The notes beneath the pieces are model-generated. The model was given only the letters and a program-made list of their open reading frames with translations. It had not been told where the DNA came from and ran no database searches. Positions 14,581-28,458 of a DNA stretch of 64,000 nt are shown piece by piece; within the stretch, counting starts at the first letter, position 1, and each line of letters opens with the position of its first letter. Source of the DNA: the human T2T-CHM13v2.0 reference genome, Homo sapiens; assembly GCF_009914755.1 (NCBI RefSeq), contig NC_060926.1. One strand, given 5' to 3'. A program made the translations under genes and the position numbers.

Positions 14581-15359
14581 CAAGTGGTGTGTACCTATCT
14601 GCTGGTAAGAAATAACAGCATTCATTCCTTGCTTCAGCCATCATTTCCTTGCTTCCCACTGGTAAGTGCTTTGCGGCCCACTGTCAATACTGAAGCAATG
14701 CTGACTACTTCTCCCTAGGAAAACTGGAGGTTGAGCCAGTCAGCCATGAAGGGCACTTTATATCTTGGCTCAAACACTAGGCCCTCTGCAAAAGATGTTT
14801 TTTGTTCCTGAAAGACCACAGAGATACTGGTATTTCCCTTACCCAAGTTAACAACTTTTCAAGGACTTCCCCCACCCACTACACTTTTCCCTTATGGCTC
14901 TTTTATTCCCCCTTAATATCAGAACTGGAATCCTGATATGCTAGAATGTTTTTTCATTTATATGTTCCATAAAGATCATTTCTAAATGATTATTAACTGT
15001 GCCAGAAAAAAAAAATCATCTTAGATTTATTAGTCCCTGGTCATTTGACACTGACGGAAGTTTCTGTCACACTGATCTTCTAGATTCCCTTAACGATTTA
15101 GTGACTCTAACAAACTTAGGAAGAAGTATAATACAAAACCCAAAGTCGGTGTTACTGAAATAAATCTCATACATGCCTAGAGACTTCCCCCTGAGAGCTA
15201 GCATTATTCACAATCTTAAACCCACTTAAATAAAAAAACCCTGTGAGTAAACTCTGGTTTCAGATTCGTCAAAGATAACTTTGAAATTTTTACTTTACCC
15301 TTAAAATGAGAAAATTCCTACCATCCTTTTGATTCTTAAAAAGAAAACAAAAAAGAATT

Positions 15360-15580
15360 CAATAATAACGTTTGTGAGTGTTCTTTATGCACCAGGCACT
15401 ATAGTAAGCAGAAAATCTGGATTATTTTATTTAAATTCAAAAACTCTACAACATAGATACTTTCATTATTTCCACTTTATAGAAGAGGAAACTAAAGTTT
15501 AAAGAAGTGCTTTAAGTGATTACAAGTTATAAATCCCAGAGAGTGATAGAAACAAGATTTGAAGGCAAACCAATGAGACT
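15360..15580 (-). mobile_element. MIR
   Basis: tttatgcaccaggcact...ttccactttatagaagaggaaactaaag matches the MIR core. Confidence 0.7.
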
Positions 15581-15959
15581 GGGTGTACCCCATGTGCATA
15601 ACTCATGTACATAACTGTACTTCTATTACTGATCACATCCAAACCAGCTTATATTAAAATAATTTATTTCTGAGTCTGGTCCATACTATGATAGAGTTAG
15701 AGAAATTATTACAACATTCTTGGGGGAGAGAAAAACACTTCCTAGTTAATAAAGTCTTCTGTGAAGACCAGCTTTTACACAAATTATTTCTTCCCCATTA
15801 CTGACAATTAAACAACATTTAAAGTAGTAATAGCCTATTATGTAATAATTCAATGGTACATGTGTGTAAAAATAAAAGCATCTCCTATCACTTAGGAATC
15901 CCATAAAATCTGAAAGCAAAACACAGCCTATAAAGATTACAATTAAGAATCTCCAACTT

Positions 15960-16261
15960 GGCCAGGCACAGTGGCTCACGCCTGTAATCCCAGCACTTTG
16001 GGAGGGTGGATTATGAGGTCGGGAGTTCAAGATCAGCCTGGCCAAGATGGTGAAACCCTGTCTCTACTAAAAATACAAAAATTAGCAGGGTGTGATGGCG
16101 GGTGCTTGTAATCCCAGCTACTCGGGAGGGCTGAGGCAGAAGAATTGCTTGAACCTGGGAGGTAGAGGTTGCAGTGAGCCGAGATGGCACCACTGCACTC
16201 CAGCCTAGGCGACAGAGCAAGACTCTGTCTCCCAAAAAAAAAAAAGGAAAAAAAAAAGAAA
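15960..16261 (+). mobile_element. AluS
   Basis: Full Alu flanked by TSD AAGAATCTCCAACTT. Confidence 0.95.
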
Positions 16262-17439
16262 AAGAATCTCCAACTTACAGAGTGGAATACTAAAGTCCCA
16301 GGATGAGAACGTATGTCACTTAAACAGTTTACCATGGGGAGGGCTTCACAACCCCAAGTCCCAGCTAATAATCTCTTCCCAGTCTCATCTTGATTATATA
16401 ATTGTCCTCTCAGCCCAGAGGAAAAGCATTTTATAAGTTTATACTAGTTATCACTATATCATATTAACTTGTCTCAAACATAAAAGTAACCAAATTATTA
16501 TCTTTGCATTTTAAGTTCACAAAATCATTGTAATAAGAAGAAACCTTTATTCTTTTTCTGTTTGTTTGGTAGGAAGAATCACCCCAGTGGCATTCCAGGA
16601 AAAATAACACTAGCACATGTATATACTAAGGACTGCGTCATTAACTAATCCATTCCAGGCAAACAACTTTCAGGAAGGTTTATTTATTTCTTCTTGAAAT
16701 CCCTATAAGCCTATTTTCTCCATTTAATCCTCAGAAAATATGAAAAGACACGTAAAGAAAATGTAACTAAAACAAACCTTCTTTGTAACTGAATTAATTG
16801 TATAGTCTCATAACCACCTTTACCTCAATCTAGTATCATAAAGATAACACTCTCGATATGTGTGACATATCATATAATATGTGAATAACTCAGTACCTAT
16901 TTACTTTATATGACTTTAGATAAAATGACTAAATGACTTTAGATAAAAACCAAAAATACAAAGCTATATTTACTATACATGTAATGCCCTCTACAGGCCA
17001 TCAGTGGAATGAATCAGAGAGACAGAACTAAATACAGATTTCTCAGAGACTTAGTTATTATGCACTAACATAATTTATTTTCTACATAGGCCAATAGGAA
17101 TTAGTCTCATTTCTAATCTACATAAATTTCAAACAAAATTTTCCACATTCTTTCAATTCTTTAAATGAAGTCTTTCAAGGGCCCAAATCGTCATTTACCC
17201 AGCTTATTTATATTCAATGTACTGTTAAGATAAACGGATTTTTATATACCACCACTGCATATATATATATACATATGCCATAAGTTAACAAGTACACACA
17301 CACATACAATATTAAACAGGCCTATGAAGTAAACAGTAAACATTAAAAATTATACTCTTCATTTATATTAGTACAAACTTCCATCCATCTCTACTTGAAA
17401 AAAATCCAGATATTAGTGATGGTTCTATACAAAATTTAG

Positions 17440-17525
17440 TCTAAGGCAGAAGAATCACTTGAGGACAGGAGTTGGAGACCAGCCTAAGCAAAACAGTAAG
17501 ACCCTTTCTCTACAAATAAATAAAG
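17440..17525 (+). mobile_element. Truncated Alu monomer
   Basis: aaggcagaagaatcacttgaggacaggagttggagaccagcc followed by an A-rich tail. Confidence 0.75.
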
Positions 17526-17556
17526 TTTAGAAGATAATCACTTTCCAGAAATATAA

Positions 17557-17889
<333 letters not shown>

Positions 17890-18184
17890 TGATCTACCAA
17901 ACTTTCCAAAAATCACCCTCATGACTAATGCAATACAACATGACAAAACAAATTTATTTCAGGGGAATCATTTTCTCCTTATTAAACTCATGATATTTTA
18001 AACATATTGCCATTCTCAGAACAGTATTAATTAAGATTATGGAATAGGATGGGTGGAGAACACAGAAGAAAAGAAAAGGAAAACAAAGACAATTTTTTTA
18101 AGCTCCCCAAATAAGGTTAGATTTGAACTAACTCCAATTCTAAATCTCAAGCTATTTCTCCAGATTATTAACAAAGTCTTTCTC

Positions 18185-18422
18185 TCATCACTTACAAGAG
18201 AATAAGTTCCTGACATAAAGGATTAGCTCAGCCTGATTTCTTCTCTCTATCTCGTGCACTCTCTTCTGCCTTCCACCCTTCTGCCCATGGAATGACCCAG
18301 ATGCCAGCGCCATGCTTTTGGATGTCCCAGACTCTAGAACTGTGAGCCAAATAAACCTCTTTTCTTTATACATTATACAGTCTGTGGTATTCTGCTAAAT
18401 CAGTAGAAAATGGACTAAAATA
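18185..18422 (+). mobile_element. MaLR LTR fragment (MST/MLT1A type)
   Basis: ccagactctagaactgtgagccaaataaacctcttttc...gaaaatggactaa. Confidence 0.75.
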
Positions 18423-19588
18423 CCTACTCAATTTTTTTAAATCATCTAAGTTTTGGAAAATCTCTCTCTCAAAAAATAAATTTTTTACAAATGCTGTATA
18501 ATACTTAGTCCAAGTCTTTAGGTGAATATTTTATATCTTAGAGTCCAGGGCATAGTCCAGAGTAGAGTCAGTCATTCACTGATCTATACACAGAAAAAAA
18601 TCAGCCTTCCTTTTTAATGGGGTTTACATGGTAATTGAACAATTAATAATATTATAATTCTTGTAAGTTAAGCAAACTTTACAAACAAAGAAATTTTCTA
18701 ATATTCTGTAAAACATATTGGGTCAGTTAAACAGATATGACTTCAGTAGGGTTTTCAAGTGGGTGGTCAGAGGTGTAGTACTGAAATTTTCATAATCATT
18801 TAAGTGACAAAATGAAAGGAGTAAGTATGAAACTGATGCTCAATGGAAAGGAAAAGAATTCCAATTCACAGTAAACAAATGACATTAAAGAAATTATCAG
18901 AAAGGACAAAAAACAAATGGGATATTATTTGAAGGTAGGATTGTTTTACATAAATTCAGCAAATATGAAAGAAGGCAATAATCAAAATAACAAGTTTAAA
19001 GGAACTAAATGATGCTATTTAGACCTGAATAGACACTGCTAATAAATAAAAACAGAACACAACATACAAGATTCTAACAATTCCTTCCCTGAACTCTTGA
19101 AATTTATGCATATGAGAATGGAGCATTAATATTTGGTACACAAAAGCCCAAAGCTTTAAGGAATTTGGAAAAGCCGTAAGAAGTTCATATAGTACTCTAC
19201 TATCACAAAGGAATACAGTAAACAGAGGCAAGTTTCAAAAGCAGAAAATAAGGAACAAACAATAAAAGTTCAGCAAGATTTCCAGATACTAAAAACAGTT
19301 AATTTCTAGAATAGCCTTTTTCTAAGTGGTGAAAAGTCCTTTATCTCACAGACCATTAAGAGTAGTTTATAAGCTAAAGACCATTTATTTCTCAGTTTTA
19401 ATGATCATCAGTAGCCTAATTCTTCCTGCTAAAACTCAACTTCACATCTCCTCCCCAAAATAGTCAAATATGCACACAATCATTATTAAACCAAAGATTC
19501 TTTACAATTTCTTTTATTGTTTACACACAGTCAGCAGCTATAAAATTTAGGGCTACTTTCCATTCATGTTAGTGTTTCAGCAACTCAC

Positions 19589-19615
19589 GTCAAAGCTGAA
19601 AGAAATTTCTTAAAA
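19589..19615 (-). other. Candidate 27-nt microexon
   Basis: On the - strand it reads ctcctttttttaacatttag|TTTTAAGAAATTTCTTTCAGCTTTGAC|gtgagt. One frame is open (xFKKFLSALT) and ACTAAC lies just downstream. Confidence 0.3.
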
Positions 19616-19649
19616 CTAAATGTTAAAAAAAGGAGTTTCAACACCAGTT

Positions 19650-21180
19650 ATGCTGTAGATGGCTACAAAACTATTTCCTCAATAAAAATAATACCAAAAA
19701 GTGAAAAAAAATTATTTAAAAAAGCAGAAGAGATGTGGATGGGGAAAAATAAAGAACAAAGTATCACAAAGAGATGAGCCCTCCCTATGTTAGCAGAGAC
19801 TGGCAACCATTTTTATCACTAGGGACAGATATCAAATCTAGGTCACAAGCAGAAAAAGAAATAAATCTACCATGGATGAGGAACATTATTGTAACCAAGA
19901 GACAACAAATTTTTAATACTGACACTTAGGCTAGTGTAGGGGACTGGAATCTAGATGAGTCCCAAACACAAAGCCACTTATTCTCACCTTCCAATTACCA
20001 CCTCACTTCCCAACTCTACCCACAGGTTTATAATTGAGTAAGCACTATGTAGGAAGATCGAGATGGTACCAGAAAATACAGGGAGATATAGTGTTCAGAT
20101 CACAATACCCTGTTGGAAGAGCAAACAATCAAAAATTATGAGACATGGGAAAAAGCAGAAGAATGTGACTCATAATCAGGAGAACAAACAGCAATAGAGT
20201 CAGACCCATAAGTAACCTAGATATTCAAATTAGCTGACAAAAACTTAAATAACTACTGTAAATGTGTAAAGAATGTAGAGAAAAGACTGGATCAAACAAG
20301 AGGGAAAAGGTAGACCATTTCAGCAGAGAAATAAAAACTCAAAAATGAACCAAATAGAAACTCTAGTACTGAAAAACGTAATATCTGAAATAAGGAACTT
20401 ACTGGATGTTCTGCCAAATCCCCCTCTGCGAGAAACACCCAAGAATGATCAATAAAAAATAAAAATAATTAAAAAAAAAAAAGTAGACTAAACAAACCAG
20501 AAGAAAGCATTAGTAAGTCCAAACTATTGAAGTGCAGAAAAAAGGATCAGGAGCCCCTTCATTAATATCTAGGAGTATGATAAAAGTATAATTGGATTCC
20601 CAGAAGGAAAAGAACAAAAGATAAAGTAGAAAAAAATATTTGAGGAGATACTGGCCAAAAGTTTTCCAAAACTGATAAAAGATTTCAAACTAGAGGTCCA
20701 AGAAGATCAATAAACAACAAGAAATATAAAAACTAATGCACATGCACACACACATAGAAAAAGCCTCATACTTAGTCAACTCTGTGCAAGTAATAAAGGG
20801 AAAACATTAAGAACAGCAAGAAAAATTAGACACATTATATTTAGGGAAAAAACAATTTGAATACAACTAACATCAGAAACAATGAAATCAGTAGACAATA
20901 AAATGACATGTTTAAAGTGCTGAAGAAAAAAATTAACAGAATCTTGATCTGGTGAAGATAGCCTTTGAAAATAAAGATGGAATAAACACATCCTTAGGTG
21001 AACGAACACAGAGAAACTGTTGCTGGCAGAGGTCTATAATACTATGGGTACTATATTAAATATTAAAGTAAGTGCTTCAAGTGGGTATGGCTATCTTAAT
21101 ATTAAGCAAATCAATCTCAGAACAAAGCATATTATCAGAAATATAAACAGTCAAACCATTTAAAAGATATAAAAAACTAA
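19650..21180 (+). mobile_element. L1M 5'/ORF1 region
   Basis: Degenerate ORF1 text such as gaaactctagtactgaaaaacgtaatatctgaaat and aattggattcccagaagg. Confidence 0.75.
20411..20482 (+). mobile_element. Extremely 5'-truncated SVA (SINE-R terminus plus poly(A))
   Basis: ctgccaaatccccctctgcgagaaacacccaagaatgatcaataaa matches the SVA 3' terminus and is followed by an A-rich tail. Confidence 0.9.
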
Positions 21181-21250
21181 AAGTATATACATAGTGTGTA
21201 TACATAGGTTGGCATAACATAAATTACTTTGCGCTATCCATTGAAGAGAA

Positions 21251-21293
21251 CTATTAAAATAGCAAAACCACAATTACTTTTGCACCAATCTAA
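21251..21293. mobile_element. Half MADE1 (Hsmar1 MITE)
   Basis: aatagcaaaaccacaattacttttgcaccaatctaa corresponds to one MADE1 TIR. Confidence 0.75.
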
Positions 21294-22028
21294 CAGAAGC
21301 AGTGACACCTCAGTAGAACCAAGTACTCCCAGCAACCAGATCTTGGTTTCTAAATACCATTCTCCATTAACGCAGTGTTTAGTGCTACATGGAAAAGAAA
21401 ATGGATGATTCTTGGACTGGGACAGGGATTAAGTAATTGCTGAAAATATAAAAATATGGGGGTACATTAAGGGACATAGAAGGTAGCCTGAAAGAACTCC
21501 CAATCTGAGCAACAAAATAAATAACATAGTATTGTATTAAAACTCAAAGTATAAGATATTAGTGGGTCCATACTGATATAAACAAAGGAGCAAATCAATA
21601 AATTAATAAGAGGTGGGGTAAGGTGGGGAGAGAAGAGACAAATCTTCCTTACAGAGGAATGCCAAATAGTTTACATAGATACCACAGCCAAGAGGTGAAA
21701 TTTAATACCCTCCACCACCATGCCCCATGCCACCACCTTAAGCATGGGCTGCATTTAGCGGTCCACTTTCAAGGAATAAAGCCAAAAACGGAAAACTCCG
21801 CAGTGAAGAAACCTGACAAACACCACCTTCCTTGTGATGAAAGTTCACATCACCAGTGAGTGATGTCATGTAGATATCATGAATTCCCTGATGTGATATG
21901 ATTAAAAGGGCACTTCATTTCTGTGGTATCCTTTTCAAAAATCCATATCCCACTCTAATAATAAGAAAAGCACCAGATAAACCCAGAGTGGGAGACATGC
22001 ACCAGTACCTCCCAAGACTTGTTAAGGT

Positions 22029-22322
22029 GGCCAGGTGTGGTGGCTCACACCTGTAATCCCAGCACTTTGGAAAGCCAAGGCAGGTGGATCACATGAGGAC
22101 AGGAGTTCAAGACCAGCCTGGCCAAATAGCAAAACCGCGTCTCTACTAAAAAATACAAAAAATTAGCCGGGCATGGTGGCACATGCCTATAATCCCAGCT
22201 ACTCATGAGGCTGAGGCACGAGAATCACTTGAACCCAGGAGGCGGCAGCGAGCCGAGATCGTGCCACTGCACTCCAGTCCCAGGAAAAGAGCAAGACTGT
22301 CTCAAAAAAAAAAACAAAAAAA
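22029..22322 (+). mobile_element. AluS
   Basis: Alu dimer with TSD-like cttgttaaggt / cttgtcaaggt. Confidence 0.92.
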
Positions 22323-22948
22323 GGCTTGTCAAGGTCATGAAAAACAAGGAAAGATTTAGAAACCATTACAGACCTAAAGAGACTGACAAGACATGATAAC
22401 TAAATAATGTGCTACCCTGGACTGGATCCTGAAACAAAAAGAGAGTATTAGTAGAAAAACTGGTGAAATACAAATGAATCTAGACTTTAGTTAGTAGTGA
22501 TGTGCCAGTACTAATTTCTCAGTTTTGACAAATGTAAATGTAAGATGTTAACAATATGGGAACTGGTTGAGGAGGATATAGGAACACTTCATATTATCTT
22601 TGAAATTTTTCTGTGAATCTAAAATTTCTTCCCCCAAATCATAGTTGCATAAATAAATAAATAAATAAATAGTCTAGCTAAATGTTTAACAGTAGGAGAG
22701 TTGGTAAACAAACTAAGGTACAACTACATCATGGGACATAGTTCTGAAGCTGTCAGAAATAAAGAAATTATATGATAAAAGTTTATTTTATATAACAGTT
22801 TAAATGTAAAAATCAGAATTAAAAACCATATACATAGTATGATCTAAATCTTATAAAACGTACATACACAACTATACTGACAAAAAAGCATAGAAAGAAG
22901 ACTATAAATTAAACAATAAATATTTCACATTAAAAATTATCATCTTGG

Positions 22949-23269
<321 letters not shown>

Positions 23270-23344
23270 CTACTGTGCCTTAGCAGCAAAAACTTCAATT
23301 CTATGATTCTCCTTTAAAGTTTGTATAAAGGTAGTATCCTAAGT

Positions 23345-23820
23345 GAGGCAGATGCTGGTCTTTGCCTATCCATTATCAATTCCCTCCTTCTCCCATAATA
23401 ACAGAATTCCAATCTTGCTAGAAGTGGCAGTGCGCTTAAGTAAAAAAAAAAATCACATTTTGAGATGTATACAAAAGTCATCAGGTGAGGTTTCTACGAA
23501 TGCTCTTCAAAAGGGGAAAGACAACTCAGCTTTTGCTTCCTGTTTTCTCCTTTTCTTCTTGCTAGAGATAGAACCACCATCTTAAAATTATGGGAGGATA
23601 AAGCATCAGGTTAAAAGCTACAACTGGATTTGCGTGCCTGAGCAGAAAGACAGAAGAGGCCTGGGACCCAACTAGCATCATACTACTGCTTCATCAGCCC
23701 TAGATGACTGCCTACCTCCCTATACTTCCTTACAAGACAAAATAAACTCCGTATTTGTTTAAGCCCCACTGTTTCAAGTTTTCTCTTCTAAGCACATGTA
23801 TGCATTCCAAACATTACAGA
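23345..23820 (+). mobile_element. Old MaLR/ERVL LTR (MLT1-like)
   Basis: cctagatgactgcctacctcc...aataaactccgtatttgtttaagcc. Confidence 0.55.
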
Positions 23821-24762
23821 ACTGATGTCTGTACTCAAAAAAGTTTCTTATTGGATGTCTTTAAAGAACAAAATACATTTTTAAGAAAATCATGCAGCTA
23901 GCTCAGTAGCATTTGGGGTTTTTTTAAGCTACAACAAATGTCAGCTTCAATTTTCTGGGATGGGTGAGAGAGGAATCATTGCATCATTATAAGGGCGTAA
24001 AAAGTCTAAGGATAAACAACTGAAGATATTTTAATGATGATAAAATCAGAGTTAAATATTTCGATGTATTTTTTGACTTAATGATCAGTGTTCATATAAC
24101 AAAACATTTTATTAAGCAGGCATTTGCTGGGTGGAGTTCATTTGGAGTGAAAAAAGTAATAAAACAAGATCTTGTCTTCAAACAGGGTCATAATCATCCT
24201 TTAAATGTTTGTAAACTATCTTAACAAAATGAAACAAGAAAGGAAACAAAAACTATTTTCACTTTTTTTAAGCCTATAGTCAGTTATAATAAACAACAAC
24301 AATAAAAAACTGGGGGGAAAACTCCAATGCCCAGATAAGGAAGTTAATTGAATTAATGAAAAATATTATATATTCATTAAAATAATATGGAGACTGTGAA
24401 AATGCAATAAAAAGCCCAAAAACTTTAAACAAAAATACAGAACAAAAATAATATGCATAGACTCTTATAGTTATACAAAAACAAAGTATAAATCAGACAG
24501 GGTCATAAAATCTAAAATAAGGAATGGTTTGCCATTTTTTCTTCATATTTCACCAAATATTACTTAATATCAAATGATAAAACAGATTATGAAACTAGCA
24601 ACATATATATTGAAATCTTCCCACTGCAAAATACACAAAGTACTGGATAAACAGAAAGACACTTGAATTTCATATGTAAGCATGCATGGAAGCAAAAAAA
24701 AAAAAATCTAAAAGGTCCAAAATTAGAGGATCGTGGAGAAAAAATATCTTAGTGGCCTATAG

Positions 24763-25075
24763 CTGGGGTCAGGAAACTATGGCCCACAAGCCAAATCTGG
24801 CCTATAGTCAGTAAGCTTAGTTTTTAAATCCTTAAATGATTGAAAATAAAAAAGTTGTCTTGACAAATGAAAATTCTATGAAATTCAAATTTCAGTGTAT
24901 AAAAATAAATTTTTTTTGCAACACAGCCATGTTCATTCATGTTAGTATTATCTACAGCTGCTTTCCACAAACCACAAAAGCACAGTTGGATAGTGGTAAC
25001 AGAGACTATATGATCTGTAAAGTCTAAAACATTCTCTATCTGGCCGTTTATGGAAAAACGGTTTGTCAACTCTTG
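24763..25075. mobile_element. MER58B (hAT-Charlie MITE)
   Basis: ggggtcaggaaactatggccc...gtttgtcaactcttg with 8-bp TSD gcctatag / gcctagag. Confidence 0.85.
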
Positions 25076-26309
25076 GCCTAGAGCTTCATTTTTAATGAAT
25101 ACACAAAGGGAATAGGAATTAGCGCCTCTGGCTTATGCAAGGCAAGGGATCAAACTGGAAATGCTGTTAGAAAGGCACTAACAACAAAAGGACTAGACAT
25201 TTAATAAAAAATGAAGTAGAGAATATATATCCCACAAAATCATAGTGTACAGACACATGACTGCTTTGACAATGACTCTTCATGAAACAGGGGCAGGGCA
25301 GGGAACCAGGAGATAAAGAGGGGAATTTCCTTAAGCATTTATGGACACTGAACAGCCTGTATATGGATCTGGAGCTCAAGAAACACTAACTTAAGAATTT
25401 AATTTAAATTGGACTCAAGTAATCAGTGGTCCCCACCTCCCAATCACCTGACTGACGCTAATACAAATTTTCTCAGAAGGACCATAGCATCAACAAATAA
25501 ACTTCCAAATAAACTTTGGAACTTCCAAATAATAACAACAACAAATCATAAGAGTAATTAATTATATTTCTAGTAATGGAGAGCTAGGTTACTCAAACCA
25601 GCACTTCTGCTTAAAACAAGTAAAAACGTTAGCTAAAATATTCAAAACATAAAGTCAAAAGCACTGAAATGCTAATAAACTACTGCAGAACTACAAGGAC
25701 AAATTCTAGGAGAAAGCTCATACCCAAAGAAGTAGGGAGAATACTAAAACACTAAAGACAATCCTGAACTGAGGGCATTTGCCAATTACAATCCAGAAAG
25801 AGGGGTTCACTTTGGAGCTTGAAAAGAGGAGGGCAGAAGTGAAAACTCCATCCAAGATGATCCTCAGGAGTCTTATAAGAAATTCCCTGCCACACAGAGC
25901 TCCAACAGACTACACCATAGAAGTAAGAATATACCATAACTAAATCTCCAACTAGAGAGGAATGCAAGGAAGCTTCCCTTGGTGCAGAGCAGAACAAAAT
26001 ATTTAAATGGGGGAGGGAGGAGGTAAGGAAAGAAAAACAAAAACAAGATGCTGGAAAAGCTGTGCTCATATCTAAGACTTCATAAGGTTGTACTAGAGAT
26101 AAAGACCATCTAATATTAAGATTCAGACATCTAATAACAAAGCTTCAATATAAATAAAACAAAAAGTGAAAGTAAACACACTGATATAATATACATATCA
26201 ACTATTATATAAATAATTTTATATATGAAATCATACTATGCAACTTTCAGGTCATGAATCTTACATTACTATTTCTCATTTCTAGGACTATGCCATCTTC
26301 AAAAGTCCA

Positions 26310-26498
26310 ACTTCAGTTTGTTAGAAGGAAAATTTTAGACGAATTAAAATTAACAGAGTTCAACTGAGCAAAGAACAAATTGCATTATCGGCCTAACCCC
26401 CAAACCAGAATAGGTTCAGAGCTACTCCAGGGCTGTCACATGGTCAAGTAACATTTATGGTCAAAAAAAGAAAGTAACATACAGAAAATAGAAGTGAC
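26310..26498. mobile_element. ERV1 LTR fragment (MER51-like)
   Basis: ttaacagagttcaactgagcaaagaac...ccagaataggttcagagc. Confidence 0.55.
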
Positions 26499-26499
26499 T

Positions 26500-27045
26500 C
26501 TAACACATTAATCACGTTTGCGGTAATGCTGTTATTAAAAAAAAAAAAAAAAACCACTGTGTGGCCAGGCACATAAAAGTAAAGCACAAACAATTATGTA
26601 TAGTATGTAATGTTTAATAATGATAATAAAGAACCACATTACTGGTTAATGGATGTACTATACTATACTTTTTATCATTATTTTAGAGTATAGTCCTACT
26701 TATTTTAAAAAATCAGTTAACTGTAAAGCAGCCTCAGGCAAGTCCTTCAGGAGGTATTCCAGAAGAAGGCATGGTTATTATAGAAGACATCATACATGTT
26801 ATTTCCTCAAAGACCTTCCAGTGAAACAAAATGTGAAGGTGGAAAACAGCAATCTTGATGATCCTGACCCTATGTAGGCCCATACTAATATACATGTTTG
26901 TGTCTTAGGTTTTTAAAATTTTTCAATGTAAACCAAAATAAACACAAATTTTAAAAATAGAAAAAAGCTTATAAAATAAGCATATAAAAATACCTTTATA
27001 CAGCTATACAAAATGTTTAAGTATTATTAGAAAAGAGTCAAAATC
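26500..27045. mobile_element. Tigger3-family DNA transposon fragment
   Basis: cagcctcaggcaagtccttcaggaggtattccagaagaaggc...gatgatcctgaccctatgtaggcc. Confidence 0.85.
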
Positions 27046-27049
27046 TATA

Positions 27050-27433
27050 TGTTGAAAACTAGAAGACACCAATGAAAGAAGATGAAGAAGATACAAATAA
27101 AAGATATCCCATGTTCATGGATTAATATTGTTAAAATGGACGTACTACCCAAAGTGACCTAGAGATTTAATGCAGTCTGTATCAAAATACCAATGACATT
27201 CTTCACAAAAATAGAAAAAAAAATTCTGAAATTCATATAAGAGCAAAAAAAAGACCTTAATAGTCAAAGCAAACCTGAGCAAAAAGAACAAAAGCTGGAG
27301 ACATGACACTACCTAACTTCAAAATATACTACTAAGCTATAGTAACCAAGTGAGCAGGGTATGTGCATAAAAACAAATACACAGACTACTGGAACAGAAC
27401 AGAGAACTCAGAAATAAATTCACATAACTACAG
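27050..27433 (+). mobile_element. L1M ORF2 fragment
   Basis: atcaaaataccaatgacattcttcacaaaaatagaa...aagctatagtaacc. Confidence 0.85.
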
Positions 27434-28458
27434 TGTATTAGTCTGTTTCCATGGCTGGGGAGGCTTCACATTCATTGCTGAAGGCAAGAAGGAACAAGTC
27501 ACGTCTTACATGGATGGCAGCAGGCAAAGAGAGAGCTTGTGCAGGGAAGCTCTAGTTTTTAAAACCATCAGATCTTGTGAGACTTACTCACTATCAAGAG
27601 AACAGCATGGGAAAGACCCGCCTCCATGATTCAATTATCCCCCACCGAGTCCCTCCCACAACACATGGGAATTATGGAGGCTACAAGATGAGATCTGGGT
27701 GGGGACACAGAGCCAAACCATATCATTCCAATCCAGCCCCTCCCAAATTTCATGTCTTCACATTTCAAAACCAATCATGCCTTCCCAACAGTCTCCCAAA
27801 GTCTTTACTCATTTCAGCATTAACTCAAAAGTCCACTGGCCAAAATCTCATCTGAGACAAGGCAAGTCCCTCCTGCCTATGAGCCCATAAAATCAAAAGC
27901 AAGTTAGTTACTTCCTAGATACAGTGGGGATACAGGCATTGGGTGAATACAGCCATTCCAAATGAGAGAAATTGGCCAAAACAAAGAGGCTACAGACTCC
28001 ATGCAAACACAAAATCCAGTGGGGCAGTCAAATCTTAAAGCTCCAAAATGATCTCCTTTGACTCCATGTCTCGCATCCAGGTCACTCTAATGCCAGAAGT
28101 GGGCTCCCACGGCCTTGGGCAGCTCCACCTCTGTGGCTTTGCAGGGTATAGCCCCCCTCCTGGCTGCTTTCACAGGCTGGTGTTGAGTGTCTGTGGCTTT
28201 TCTAGGAGCATGGTGCAAGCTGTGGGTGGATCCACAATTCTGGGGTCTGGAGGATGGTGGCCCTTTTCTCACAGCTCCACTAGGTGGTGTCCCAGTAGGG
28301 ACTCTGTGTGGGGGCTCTGACCCCACATTTCCCTTCCACACTGCCTTAGCAGAGGTTCTCCATGAGGGACCCACCCCTGCAGCAAACTTCTGCCTGGGCA
28401 TCCAGGTATTTTCATACTTTCTCTGAAATCTAGGCAGAGGGTCCCCAAAGCTCAAATC
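27434..28458 (-). mobile_element. THE1 MaLR: LTR (27434-27724) plus internal sequence
   Basis: LTR tgtattagtctg...agccaaaccatatca, then THE1-int (ggcaagtccctcctgcctatgagcc, ctccacctctgtggctttgcaggg); truncated at the Alu. Confidence 0.9.

Larger units (their letters stand above)
21180..22640 (+). mobile_element. L1MC 3' region
   Basis: agaagcagtgacacctcagtag...cagatcttggtttctaaataccattctcc and ctggactggatcctgaaac. Confidence 0.8.

Noticed and set aside
16905-16945. Short local duplications (also near 7520, 25495, 28905 and 33120)
   Set aside because: Ordinary 10-20 bp slippage duplications.
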